Source: Nitrospirota bacterium (lineage in GTDB: Bacteria; Nitrospirota; UBA9217). From it: a DNA stretch of 64,000 bases. This document shows, one piece after another, positions 28,125 through 38,200 of the stretch; position 1 is the stretch's first letter, and every line of letters starts with the position of its first letter. The stretch is from the NCBI GenBank assembly GCA_963845065.1, contig CAWJQQ010000003.1, forward strand, positions 224,001 through 288,000, in the 5' to 3' direction. The notes beneath the pieces are model-generated. The model was given only the letters and a program-made list of their open reading frames with translations. It was not told the origin of the DNA and made no database searches. Position numbers and translations under genes: made by a program.

Positions 28125-29099
28125 ATGAAAACCACCGCAGTAAACCTTATCATAGAGAATGAACATTCGCTGCCGAGCCTTTATGGAGACAGGGACACGA
28201 ACCTCAGGTTGATCGAGAACACCTACGGTGTGATTCTGAATGCACGAGGAAACAGGATCCAGATCGAAGGCGAACAAAATGCCGTGGCAAATGTTGAGCG
28301 GCTCATTAGACAGCTTTCCGATATGCTCAGCCAGGGAATTATCACCCAGAAAGACGATGTGAATACCGCTATTCACGCCTTTTCTTCCGACCCATCATCC
28401 GCGTTGAAAGACATTTTTCAAAAAACAATTGCCGTCTCAAGCAGGAAGAGGGCAGTATCACCGAAGAACGAGACTCAACGCAAGTACATTGAAGCCATCA
28501 AACAGTATGATGTCGTCTTCGGTATCGGTCCAGCTGGCACGGGTAAGACTTACCTTGCGATGGCCACGGCGGTCTCTGCTCTCTTGCATCGGGAGGTCAG
28601 CAGAATCATCTTGGTGCGTCCGGCCGTCGAGGCAGGGGAGAAACTCGGGTTTCTACCAGGCGACCTCTACGAAAAGGTTAATCCATACCTACGTCCGCTT
28701 TACGACGCGCTCTATGACATGATTGAGACGGAAAAGGCCAACAAACTGGTAGAACGAGGTGATATTGAGATCGCACCACTGGCGTTTATGCGCGGCAGAA
28801 CTCTAAACGATTCGTTCATCATCCTCGATGAAGCGCAGAATACCACATCCGAGCAGATGAAAATGTTTCTTACCAGACTCGGATTTAATTCAAAAACAGT
28901 CATTACCGGCGATATAACCCAGATAGACCTTCCAAGCGGCAAATGTTCAGGTCTTGTCGAGGTTCAGACAATCCTCGACAATATTGAAGGGATCAAGTTC
29001 CAGTATTTCACAAACCGCGATGTTGTCCGTCATAAGCTGGTTCAGCAGATCATCAAAGCCTATGAGCAGCACGAGGCGTCGAATGAACCAAAAAAATGA
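28125..29099 (+). CDS. phoH: PhoH family ATPase
   Basis: GPAGTGKTYLA, RPAVEAGEKLGFLPG, APLAFMRGRTL, DEAQN. Confidence 0.95.
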   Translation: MKTTAVNLIIENEHSLPSLYGDRDTNLRLIENTYGVILNARGNRIQIEGEQNAVANVERLIRQLSDMLSQGIITQKDDVNTAIHAFSSDPSSALKDIFQKTIAVSSRKRAVSPKNETQRKYIEAIKQYDVVFGIGPAGTGKTYLAMATAVSALLHREVSRIILVRPAVEAGEKLGFLPGDLYEKVNPYLRPLYDALYDMIETEKANKLVERGDIEIAPLAFMRGRTLNDSFIILDEAQNTTSEQMKMFLTRLGFNSKTVITGDITQIDLPSGKCSGLVEVQTILDNIEGIKFQYFTNRDVVRHKLVQQIIKAYEQHEASNEPKK

Positions 29100-30879
29100 C
29101 GAAACAATTGTAAAACTTCTCCCTAAGAACCAGACCCTGGATGGAGACCGCGAAGATCGTCCTAAAGTAATTTCTCCTGTTCCCACACTTATTAATACCA
29201 TCATCGCACTCATTACCTCAGCGCTTCTAGCATTCGTGCTGCTTCCTCGGATTCCAATCCTTCAAAAGGGTGAGTTCGCAACGCGGACTATAATAGCCCC
29301 GTATGCGCTTTCGATTGAATATCCCGCCCCGGATAAGACAATGATTTTCTTCAAGGTGGATAAAGGAGAAGCGATTGTCGAATCTGGCCATCAAGTAACG
29401 GAGCGTGCGGCCAGAATTTTAGCTGAGATCGGTCGTCAGGAAGGAATTGGCGCCCGCTCTCAGGCCTATGTTGGATTGGCAGTATTGGTCCTTATCTTTT
29501 TTTACCTGTTTTATCGCGATATACGACGATACCGTCCCGCTTTACTTGCGGATACAAGGAAGATCCTGCTGTTGGCTCTCCTCTTGTTCCTAACGATCTC
29601 CGTATGCATAGTTGCAAAACAGTTTTATTTCTTAATTGCGGACAAGCAACAGCTGGATTTCATGACCATCGGATTTGCGCTTCCCGTAGCATCGGGAGCC
29701 ATGCTTGTATGCCTGCTCCTCGATTTTCATCTTGCTCTAGGATTCTCTTTCGTCGTAAGCGTTCTGCTAGGCATTTCTTTTCAGGGAGATCCTTTTATCC
29801 CTATCTACTATTTTATGGGTAGCGTTGTTGCCGCACTCAGTGTGATACAATGCAAGAAGAGGACCGCTGTATTAAAGGCTGGCGCTCTTACAATGTTAGT
29901 CAATTTTCTGGTTATCGGCGGTATCGACTTGTATCATGGGGAACTGCTGATGCGCGGATGGTATGACATGATCGCCGGTTTTATTAGCGCCGTCGGGGTA
30001 ACCATGATCGTCTCTGTGACACTGCCGTTTTTCGAAGCGGTCTTTGATATCGCTACGGATATAAAACTTTTAGAACTGCTTGATCCTAACCATCCACTTC
30101 TCAAAGCACTTGTATACAAGAGCCCTGGAACTTATCATCACAGCATACTTATCGGCAATCTTTCCGAAGCAGCCGCAGAAACCATAGGTGATAATCCAAT
30201 TCTGGCTCGCGTCGGGGCATATTATCATGATATTGGGAAAATTCACAAATCCGGTTACTTTATCGAAAACCAACGTGCAGTGGAGAACAAGCATGATCGC
30301 CTTATGCCCTCGATGAGTAGCCTGATTATAGCCTCACACGTCAAGGAAGGCGTTGATTTAGCCCGAGAGCACAAGCTTCCTTCTACTGTAATCGACATAA
30401 TCCAGGAGCACCATGGCACCTCGTTGATCTCCTTTTTTTATCAAAAAGCAAAAGAACTTCAGCCTTTTGTTGCCATTGCAGAAGAAGATTATCGATATCC
30501 CGGACCGCGACCTCGAACAAAAATCGCTGCAATCATTATGTTGGCCGACTCTGTAGAGGCAGCCTCGAGGACGCTAGATAACCCGTCGCTGCAACGTATC
30601 AACGCGCTCACGAACAGCGTCATTACCCGCATTTTTCTTGATGACCAGTTGAGTATGTGTGACCTTACACTAAAGGACTTGCGGGACATTTCCCGTAGTT
30701 TCAATCTAATTCTGAGTGGAATCTTCCATCACAGAATTGATTATCCCGACATCGAGTTCCCTGGAGAAAATAAGCGTAGTGATCATCAGGATAGAAAACA
30801 CACAGAAGAAAAAAAAGTTGTCATTACCAGAAATAAAAAAGAGACTCTCGATCCTGTTGATAAGACTCGGGCATCCTAA
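29083..30879 (+). CDS. 7TM-HD family phosphohydrolase (PgpH-like)
   Basis: Multiple TM helices, PGTYHHS, YYHDIGK, EHHGT, LADSVEAASR; phoH-HD-ybeY-dgkA synteny. Confidence 0.9.
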   Translation: MNQKNDETIVKLLPKNQTLDGDREDRPKVISPVPTLINTIIALITSALLAFVLLPRIPILQKGEFATRTIIAPYALSIEYPAPDKTMIFFKVDKGEAIVESGHQVTERAARILAEIGRQEGIGARSQAYVGLAVLVLIFFYLFYRDIRRYRPALLADTRKILLLALLLFLTISVCIVAKQFYFLIADKQQLDFMTIGFALPVASGAMLVCLLLDFHLALGFSFVVSVLLGISFQGDPFIPIYYFMGSVVAALSVIQCKKRTAVLKAGALTMLVNFLVIGGIDLYHGELLMRGWYDMIAGFISAVGVTMIVSVTLPFFEAVFDIATDIKLLELLDPNHPLLKALVYKSPGTYHHSILIGNLSEAAAETIGDNPILARVGAYYHDIGKIHKSGYFIENQRAVENKHDRLMPSMSSLIIASHVKEGVDLAREHKLPSTVIDIIQEHHGTSLISFFYQKAKELQPFVAIAEEDYRYPGPRPRTKIAAIIMLADSVEAASRTLDNPSLQRINALTNSVITRIFLDDQLSMCDLTLKDLRDISRSFNLILSGIFHHRIDYPDIEFPGENKRSDHQDRKHTEEKKVVITRNKKETLDPVDKTRAS

Positions 30880-31207
30880 TGCCGAATTGAGCGTACTGTT
30901 TGCGGGAGACAGGGTCATGCGCACCCTTAATAAACAATACCGCGGCAAGAACGGGACCACAGATGTTCTCTCCTTTTCCATGCTGGAAGGGCCGTTTATT
31001 GATGTGCAGCCTGAGCTCCTCGGCGACATAGCTATTTCTATTCCCGTGGCAGAGAAACAAGCGCGCGCTGCAGGACATTCGCTTGCCCGCGAAATTGAAC
31101 TGTTACTCGTGCATGGGCTGCTCCATCTGCTCGGCTATGACCATGAACACAGTCCTGCAGAGGCACGAAGGATGCGTCGCAAGGAACAAATGCTCCTGAA
31201 AAGGTAG
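30779..31207 (+). CDS. ybeY: rRNA maturation RNase YbeY
   Basis: TDVLSF, LGDIAIS, HGLLHLLGYDH; start uncertain (GTG at 30779). Confidence 0.92.
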   Translation: MIIRIENTQKKKKLSLPEIKKRLSILLIRLGHPNAELSVLFAGDRVMRTLNKQYRGKNGTTDVLSFSMLEGPFIDVQPELLGDIAISIPVAEKQARAAGHSLAREIELLLVHGLLHLLGYDHEHSPAEARRMRRKEQMLLKR

Positions 31208-31212
31208 ACCTT

Positions 31213-31914
31213 ATGAAACCGACAACATGGACACAAAGGGCTAACCTCGCAATCGAGGGGATCATCTACTCGGTCAAGACCCAGCGGCATATGCGTTATC
31301 ATCTTTACGCAGCGCTGGCTGCACTTATCCTGAGCCTCGTCCTGAACATTTCCCGGACTGAGTTTATCCTTCTCTGCATGGCCATAATACTTGTGCTCAC
31401 GATGGAAATGCTGAATACCGCAATTGAGACAACGGTGGATATGATATCCGTGGAATATCATCCCCTGGCGAAAATTGCCAAGGACATCGCTGCAGGTGTC
31501 GTCCTAATCGCATCGATCGGCGCTCTTACGCTGGCTTATCTGATTCTGTACCCGGATCTTACGAACACTATTATGTATGGCCATTGGCATCTCCGGAAAG
31601 AACCGCACGACGTCATATCCTTCGTGTCACTTGCCGTCGTGATCATACTCGTAATCATTATCAAAGCCTTTGTTGGGAAGGGAGAGCCACTCAGAGGGGG
31701 TATGCCAAGCGGTCACGCAGCAGTATCGTTTTCCATTTGGTCGGCCGTTTTTTTTCTTGCTAATTCACTTGCTATCAATATCCTGACCTTCCTCCTTGCT
31801 CTCATGGTCAGCTGGAGTAGGTGGTCGTTTGGCGTTCATCGTCCTCGTGAGGTCGTAGCAGGGGCCTTGCTCGGTATCGGCATCACATTCCTACTTTTCA
31901 TCATCTTCAGTTGA
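31213..31914 (+). CDS. dgkA: Diacylglycerol/undecaprenol kinase fused to a PAP2 domain
   Basis: EMLNTAIE, AKIAKDIAAG, then GGMPSGH and SR...VH PAP2 motifs. Confidence 0.85.
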   Translation: MKPTTWTQRANLAIEGIIYSVKTQRHMRYHLYAALAALILSLVLNISRTEFILLCMAIILVLTMEMLNTAIETTVDMISVEYHPLAKIAKDIAAGVVLIASIGALTLAYLILYPDLTNTIMYGHWHLRKEPHDVISFVSLAVVIILVIIIKAFVGKGEPLRGGMPSGHAAVSFSIWSAVFFLANSLAINILTFLLALMVSWSRWSFGVHRPREVVAGALLGIGITFLLFIIFS

Positions 31915-32088
31915 TGATGCGAAAACTGCGAATAAATTGTATGTCTTCAGTTGCAATATTGGATGATCACGATTTAACCTGAAAGTAAACTCGCTTCACT
32001 GATTTTCACCTGCGGTCATTGAACCCTGCAGGTGACCGAGGTGATGTTAGTACCACTTAGAACATCAGGCATAAGGTTTCCTATAATA

Positions 32089-32321
32089 AAGCTACAGGGG
32101 ATTACCTCTGCGAGCAAAGATTTATTGCAAAGAAAAATATTATCCTTAGAGTGATTCATCCTTCTCATTCGAGTTCTTTAAAATCCGTTTAACTTGCAAC
32201 TCCCTGTAGCTTGCTACGGAGTCACCGCTTGGAAGAAGAAATTTGAGAAACCGCAGGTTTCTCAAATGATAATTGTCTTCTCTTTTAGATACCCCGTCAG
32301 CTTGCTGCGAGGAGCTTCATT
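32089..32321. repeat. REP-like palindromic elements
   Basis: AAGCTACAGGG (32089) is the inverse of CCCTGTAGCTT (32202); hairpins ACTCCCTGTAGCTTGCTACGGAGT and GATACCCCGTCAGCTTGCTGCGAGGAG; related ATACCCCGCTCCTTG at 53828. Confidence 0.55.
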
Positions 32322-32384
32322 CTGTTTTATTAGCTATACGCTTTTTCTAGGACAAGCGAAATCCGTCTATTCGGAGGGATATAG

Positions 32385-32738
32385 TTGATCCAAGAGATCT
32401 TGGATGATCTAATCGCGTCGGTACCGGGTTCAAGGGCCGTCGTTTTTCTGGATGGCGAGGGAGAAACGATCTCTCAGTCTGGAGATTATGGCAGTGATTT
32501 GAAGTTGCTTGGCGCATGGAAAGAGATCCATCTTGACCACATACGAGAGATCGCCGAGCGCCTCGGTTTGGGTGCTGTTAATGCCGTGCTTTTTTCGCTT
32601 GAAGAGGGGATTGAACTGATTGTACCTGTAGCAGGAGATTACTGCTTACTTCTTTTTTTATCAAACTTCGCGAACGTTCAGGATGCAATTGCGGGTCTAA
32701 GGATTACCGTTCAACGCTTGAGAAAAGACATCGAGTAA
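32385..32738 (+). CDS. Roadblock/LC7-like domain protein
   Basis: 117 aa, ILDDLIASVPGSRAVVFLDGEGE pattern parallels the ORF at 55945; GGAGG SD with TTG start. Confidence 0.65.
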   Translation: MIQEILDDLIASVPGSRAVVFLDGEGETISQSGDYGSDLKLLGAWKEIHLDHIREIAERLGLGAVNAVLFSLEEGIELIVPVAGDYCLLLFLSNFANVQDAIAGLRITVQRLRKDIE

Positions 32739-32743
32739 TTTAT

Positions 32744-33703
32744 CTAGAGCTGGTCGAACATCCCGAGTTTTCTGAATTTCTCATACCGTAGTTTTACAAG
32801 GTCATCTGGCTCTATACTCTTTACTTCGCCGAGATTTCTGATAAACGCTTCTTTCAACAGTTCCGCGGCCCGTCGCGGATCTCGGTGTGCGCCCCCTATA
32901 GGCTCTTCCACCACTTCATCGATAATCCTCAACTGAAACAGGTCCTGCGCTGTAAGTTTAAGCAGTTCTGCAGCTTCGCTTGCTTTCGCACCATTATTCC
33001 AAAGGATTGCCGCGCATCCTTCAGGGGAGATAACGGAGTATGTGGCATGCTCTAGCATCATGACTCGATCGGCAACACCGAGGGCCAGTGCACCTCCACT
33101 CCCGCCTTCTCCAATCACCACAGTTACGATAGGAATCCTGAGCATGGACATGATGTAGAGGTTCCGCGCAATGGATTCACCCTGTCCTCGCTCTTCCGCG
33201 CCGATCCCGGGATAGGCTCCCTGAGTGTCTATAAAGGTTATGAGTGGCCGGTTGAACTTTTCAGCGAACTGCATCAGTCGCAATGCTTTGCGATACCCTT
33301 CGGGGTTCGGCTGGCCGAAATTGCGAAATACGCGCTCTTTTGTGGTCCTGCCTTTCTGGTGGCCGATGACTACGATGGGCATGCCATCCAATCTAGCCAT
33401 ACCGCTGACAATGGCCGGATCGTCGCCAAAAGTACGGTCACCGTGCATCTCAACAAAATCAGTCAGCATAGCTTCAATATAATCGAGCGTATAAGGCCGG
33501 TTCGCATGGCGGGATATTTGGACCTTCTGCCAGGGCGAGAGTTTAGAATAAATCTCTGCGAGCAATTGATCGGATTTCTTTTGGAGTTTCAGTATTTCTT
33601 CTTCAAGATCGATGCCGCCGTTGGAAGTAAATAGTGTAAGCTCCTCGATCTTTTTTTCCAGCTCGGCTATGGGTTTTTCAAATTCAAGGTATTCTTGCGG
33701 CAA
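32744..33703 (-). CDS. accA: Acetyl-CoA carboxylase carboxyltransferase alpha subunit
   Basis: [47 protein letters not shown]. Confidence 0.97.
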   Translation of the reverse strand: MPQEYLEFEKPIAELEKKIEELTLFTSNGGIDLEEEILKLQKKSDQLLAEIYSKLSPWQKVQISRHANRPYTLDYIEAMLTDFVEMHGDRTFGDDPAIVSGMARLDGMPIVVIGHQKGRTTKERVFRNFGQPNPEGYRKALRLMQFAEKFNRPLITFIDTQGAYPGIGAEERGQGESIARNLYIMSMLRIPIVTVVIGEGGSGGALALGVADRVMMLEHATYSVISPEGCAAILWNNGAKASEAAELLKLTAQDLFQLRIIDEVVEEPIGGAHRDPRRAAELLKEAFIRNLGEVKSIEPDDLVKLRYEKFRKLGMFDQL

Positions 33704-33967
33704 AACGGACTCCCTATGTCATTAATACGTAAAAATAGATATGCCGCTCATAATGACGCGGCAAAGGCATGGGACTCTGATAATATGCTGGTTATTATCT
33801 GATATTAAGGTGTCATTGTCAAGGGTTTGTTGAGATTCTGCCTTGTGAGTGGTGAAAGATTACAGGTTTGGTATTACAAAGTCATCGTTATTGCACATAT
33901 TGCAAGGTTACAATGGGTAACAGTGGGATATGTTTATCTCAATGCGCCGTAAGACCCCGGCCGTGAC

Positions 33968-35150
33968 AGGCTGTCCGACAATTCATTGTTCTATGGGGAT
34001 ATCTTCAGAACAAAACTAATAAGCTAACTGAAATGGCGATTGGAGCCGGATCTGACGAGGTATTTTATCCCCATCTCCTTCTTTCTTCCGAAGACATAAC
34101 CAGATTCTCTTCAGATTCCTTGCTGCACAGGCCAGATTGAACTCCGTCTTTGCCCCCTGTATACCTCTGGCTAAGAATGCCCGCAGTCCTTGATTCTCCT
34201 TGATGTCTCCGATGACCGGTTCCACGATTTGCTGTCGTAGCTTATATACCCCTTTTGCTTGCGGCGTCTTCATCTTCGCCACCATGGAGTTTCTCTCTGT
34301 CTCCCATGGATACATCTTGAGATATCGTATCCCATCTTTCCGCTTTGTACATTTGCTCTGGCTCTGGCAAGTAGGGCATGCATTACCTTTATATATCTTG
34401 TTCTTCAGCTTGTCAAAATGTGCTCCCAGAAAGGGTAGCGGCTTGTTTCCCGGGCATCGATATTCATCCCTGATCGCGTCGTATTGAAAATGCTCCTTGT
34501 CAAAGGGTGCTACTCCTTTCTTTTCATTGTTATCCGGTATGTAGCCATCGATCTTCCTGTCTGTCAGAAACCTGATATTAGCGCCTTCAAAGTAGGCCGC
34601 ATCAAAACTCCAGGCAACACCTTCAGGCAGCCGTCCCACGTTCTCTTCTGTTTGGAGAACCTGAGGTTGCAGCTGCCCGGTATCGACGGGGCTCTGCGTC
34701 ACGTCATTCGCTAGGATGAACCCTTCTTTGTCTACCGTGATCTGAGGACTATAGGATAGCTCGATCCGACCTTTCTTGTTCTTCATAAAGCGGCTTTCCG
34801 GGTCAGTGATGCTGACCTTCTTTAGCTTCTGGTCGTCTGCTTCCCTCTTGGCATTTTCAAGACGATTTTGTACTTCTTCTTTAAAAGACGGCCCTTTCTC
34901 ACGGACCTTCTTGATGTAATATTGTGCCGCTTTCCGAATGGTCTTCTTGCTCTGTTGCGGCAACTGATCGCTTCCCCGCAAGTCGCCGAACTCGCTGTCT
35001 TCCCAGGTATCCTGTCTTGACCATTCCTCAAGCTCGTCGTCGACAAGCTGCGCAAAAAGATGCCTCGCCCTTTCCAGACTGTCCGACAATAGCTGCAGTC
35101 ATAGGTAGTGTTAATAAGAAACTATGCATTCAAGGACGTTTCTGACAGCG
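33968..35150 (-). mobile_element. 5'-truncated IS1182-family element
   Basis: ORF 35089..34016 with SITDPESRFM, FDAAY, DEYRCPG, CPTC..QSKC, YKLRQQIVEPVIGDIK; N-terminus missing; terminus-like AGGCTGTCCGACAAT at 33968. Confidence 0.85.
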
Positions 35151-35298
35151 AATAAAGAAGATTCTACAACTTTTTTGAATATACCTTGCCTTTTCTATTG
35201 TTTTATAGTACTTTTATTAAGAAAAATAACAAGGGCCTGGGCGTCAGTCGAGCCGGTGTAGCGTAAAAATACGTTTATTTTTAGGGAGATCGGCAATC

Positions 35299-36054
35299 AT
35301 GACAGAACGACTTGATACTGCCCCATCGAAATCGTCAGATCGTTACAGCCGTTTTCTTCTCATTGTCGATTGCGACCCAAATCACCTTTTTTATGCTGCA
35401 ATGCTTCTTCAACGGCTTGAATATAATATTTGTACTGCCAAGACTGCAGAGGAAGCCCTTGAGATGATATCCGTAGCGCTTCCGGCACTCGTTATCACAG
35501 AAATAAACCTTACCGGCATGAGCGGTCTTGAATTAACCCGCAGACTGAAGGCAAATGGGCGTACCGTTACAGTGCCGGTGATTGCCGTGACTGAAAAGTT
35601 CACACAGACAGTGGAGCTAGAGTGCGGACAAAATGGCTGCGTTACCTGTATACGGAAGCCTATACAGGCGGAGGAGCTTTATCGCACAGTGCAAGATGTC
35701 ATCGAGAATACACCTCGCAGCGCCATGCGAGTCTTTACACACCTGGCCGTCACCGTGAACGATATCGAGCTCGATTATGAGAAGGGTGAGTTTGTATCGG
35801 TCCTTTCCGAGAAGGGCCTCTACATCCGAACGCTCAAACCCTATCCAAAAAAGGCCTTGATTCATATCCAAATGTTCATTAACAACAATAGTGTTTCTTC
35901 TGATGCATTAGTGCTTTCCAGCCACGCGTTCGGGGAAGGGCCTTTCAAAGAACCTGGTATGGGTCTTCAGATTACGCGGATAACATCACAAGCCCAGGGA
36001 GTGATCAGGCAATACATCAAGGACGAGATTACTAAGGGCATCAAGCCTTTTTAA
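35299..36054 (+). CDS. Atypical receiver domain + PilZ domain protein (paralog 1)
   Basis: LIVDCD...LVITEINLTGMSG...RKP; RSAMR, VLSEKG, EPGMGLQ. Confidence 0.85.
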   Translation: MTERLDTAPSKSSDRYSRFLLIVDCDPNHLFYAAMLLQRLEYNICTAKTAEEALEMISVALPALVITEINLTGMSGLELTRRLKANGRTVTVPVIAVTEKFTQTVELECGQNGCVTCIRKPIQAEELYRTVQDVIENTPRSAMRVFTHLAVTVNDIELDYEKGEFVSVLSEKGLYIRTLKPYPKKALIHIQMFINNNSVSSDALVLSSHAFGEGPFKEPGMGLQITRITSQAQGVIRQYIKDEITKGIKPF

Positions 36055-36307
36055 TTTCGAGTTCAGTTTCGTAGTATGCTCTAATATGAGCTGTTCGTGT
36101 TTATCACTTTTACCATGAGCAGCCCATCCAAACGACGTATTGGTTGTGGGATGAATTGGTTGCCTTTAAATTTCCCTAATATTCGGCAAACTGAACAAAA
36201 GTATAGTATGCTTTATTGCATGAATTTCCAACATCTATATCAGAGCGGCAACTCCAGCCTAAAAACCCGCTTGTCTGCAATAGAGCAACACCAGGGTACC
36301 CAATGGC

Positions 36308-36619
36308 ATGGCTTACGGTAAGGGACTAAAAAACGTACTGCGTCGCTTGATTCCTGCCGGGAAGACAATGCTGAATCAGGATATTTTGCCCGCCGGTAAA
36401 CTCCATAACGTCCTTGTCATCCGGAAGAAGTTTCTGGTAGCGACCAGTGCTTTTGTCGATGCCGTATTCCTGCCGGAACCGCTAATAAGCACGAGAACGA
36501 GTAGAGAGATATTATCCATCCTGACCACCGTCCAGAAAACCATGGAGAAAGGTTTTAACAAGGCGTATGTGGAAAAGGCCCGGCTAGCCATTCCAGCAGC
36601 CATTGAGGTAGAAAGGTGA
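36308..36619 (+). CDS. Hypothetical protein
   Basis: 103-aa ORF with no recognisable motif; may be a fragment. Confidence 0.3.
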   Translation: MAYGKGLKNVLRRLIPAGKTMLNQDILPAGKLHNVLVIRKKFLVATSAFVDAVFLPEPLISTRTSREILSILTTVQKTMEKGFNKAYVEKARLAIPAAIEVER

Positions 36620-36718
36620 ACACATCAGCAAAGATTGGGCAAAAGAGGGAGTGACTAAGTCGAAATTATTTTTTCTTTTTGCCCAAAATTAACACATGTA
36701 AAGGAGGAGTAACAAAAA

Positions 36719-37054
36719 ATGGAACTTGATATACGTATTGAAAAAGATTCGATATCGATAGGTATCGACAACCCTTTTCACCTTGACATCGACTCCCTGG
36801 TTAGGCGAATTGAGCAGTTCATTACAGCAAAAGGACAGGAATTAAACGGTCTGGATGTGCGAGGGCTTTTACCACGCATGGTTAAAGGCATTGCGGGCTG
36901 CGAAGCGGGTTGCCCAGCTGATGCTAAAAGCGTGGTAAAAAAAGGATATAAGAATTTCAAGCTTGATTATATTGAGGGAGGTATTTTGTCCGCAACAGCC
37001 GAGATCGGGAATGGAAAGATACTGTCGCTCAAACTTTTTCCAGATTTTTTATAA
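36719..37054 (+). CDS. Hypothetical protein with CxxxCP motif
   Basis: Strong AAGGAGG SD, 111 aa, IAGCEAGCPADAK. Confidence 0.75.
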   Translation: MELDIRIEKDSISIGIDNPFHLDIDSLVRRIEQFITAKGQELNGLDVRGLLPRMVKGIAGCEAGCPADAKSVVKKGYKNFKLDYIEGGILSATAEIGNGKILSLKLFPDFL

Positions 37055-37208
37055 GGTATTCCACCACAATAATGCAGTATTTAGATTTTTGGCGATAATA
37101 ATGACAAGGGCTGGATCAACTCAATTCAATCGAAATAGTTTATTTTTGCTCCGACCCCGAGAGACATTAACCGAATGTTGTAAAATACATAAATTCATAA
37201 CAGGATCA

Positions 37209-38090
37209 ATGAAACAGACGGCATTCCTCTTCATCACTATTATTATCTTTATCTTTACTACAGCCGTCTATGCCTATGCCAACGATGGTCCCAAACCGAC
37301 TGCCCAGGGGAAAAACAACTCTATTAACTCTGATGCGCTGTTGGTCCTTAATAAAATAAAGAAGGCAATGCCTACTGCCCCTGTGGGATGGACCGTTGCC
37401 AGTGAGACTAAAATCAATTCTTTAACTGAGTCAGAGATAGACGAGGCAAATCAATCATATCACTTCACTTATCAAATTCGGTACAAGCGCATTACTGGGA
37501 TAAAAGAAGAAAAAAAGAGACTTTATGAAGTCTACACCGAAAGCTCTGAAAGGCATGGAGAAGAGGCTAATGCGCAAATCAATGAGCTGCTTAAACAACA
37601 GACTGCGACCTCCTTGGCACTTCGCAAAGCTACTAGGCGCAAAAAACAAGCTGAAATACAGCGGCTAAATGCCGAGTTGGTTGAGAATGGTCGGAAGATG
37701 CACGCCATCCATGAGGATGTCGACAATAAAATTAGCCGCGATGTCGATAAATATTTGCTCAAAGATACAGAGGCTATAATCGACATTGTCGTGAACGGCG
37801 AAAATGCGGAGGACATATACGGTGAGCCGGTCTCGATTTCGAAAGCCGCATTCGCAATCCGCAGAAAGGGGGAACAGACGGGACCTTTGATCTGGCAAGA
37901 GGGCAAGACCGTGATTCTCTTTGGTGATTGGCAGCAGGTAGGAATCGGGGTGTTCAAAGGCCACGTGCTGCAAAAGTCCCAAAACAAAAAAGTACAGACA
38001 ATAAAAATTACCATTACCGGTGCTAGGAATCGTGTTGTGGAGCTGCTGAGTCAAATGGACAAAACGGCGCTCCTTTCATTAATGAATTGA
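37209..38090 (+). CDS. Exported hypothetical protein with central coiled coil
   Basis: Signal peptide MKQTAFLFITIIIFIFTTAVYAYA; AGGA SD before ATG at 37209. Confidence 0.7.
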   Translation: MKQTAFLFITIIIFIFTTAVYAYANDGPKPTAQGKNNSINSDALLVLNKIKKAMPTAPVGWTVASETKINSLTESEIDEANQSYHFTYQIRYKRITGIKEEKKRLYEVYTESSERHGEEANAQINELLKQQTATSLALRKATRRKKQAEIQRLNAELVENGRKMHAIHEDVDNKISRDVDKYLLKDTEAIIDIVVNGENAEDIYGEPVSISKAAFAIRRKGEQTGPLIWQEGKTVILFGDWQQVGIGVFKGHVLQKSQNKKVQTIKITITGARNRVVELLSQMDKTALLSLMN

Positions 38091-38113
38091 TACCGAAATG
38101 AATTGATACCGAA
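38081..38113. repeat. 16-bp tandem duplication spanning a stop codon
   Basis: AATGAATTGATACCGA occurs twice, at 38081-38096 and 38097-38112. Confidence 0.9.
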
Positions 38114-38200
38114 TTTACCAATCGTATAAATGAGAAAAAAATTGATACTATCATCAGAACTGGATTTTTTACTCAGAATAAGCATGAGAGGAGGTAAATC

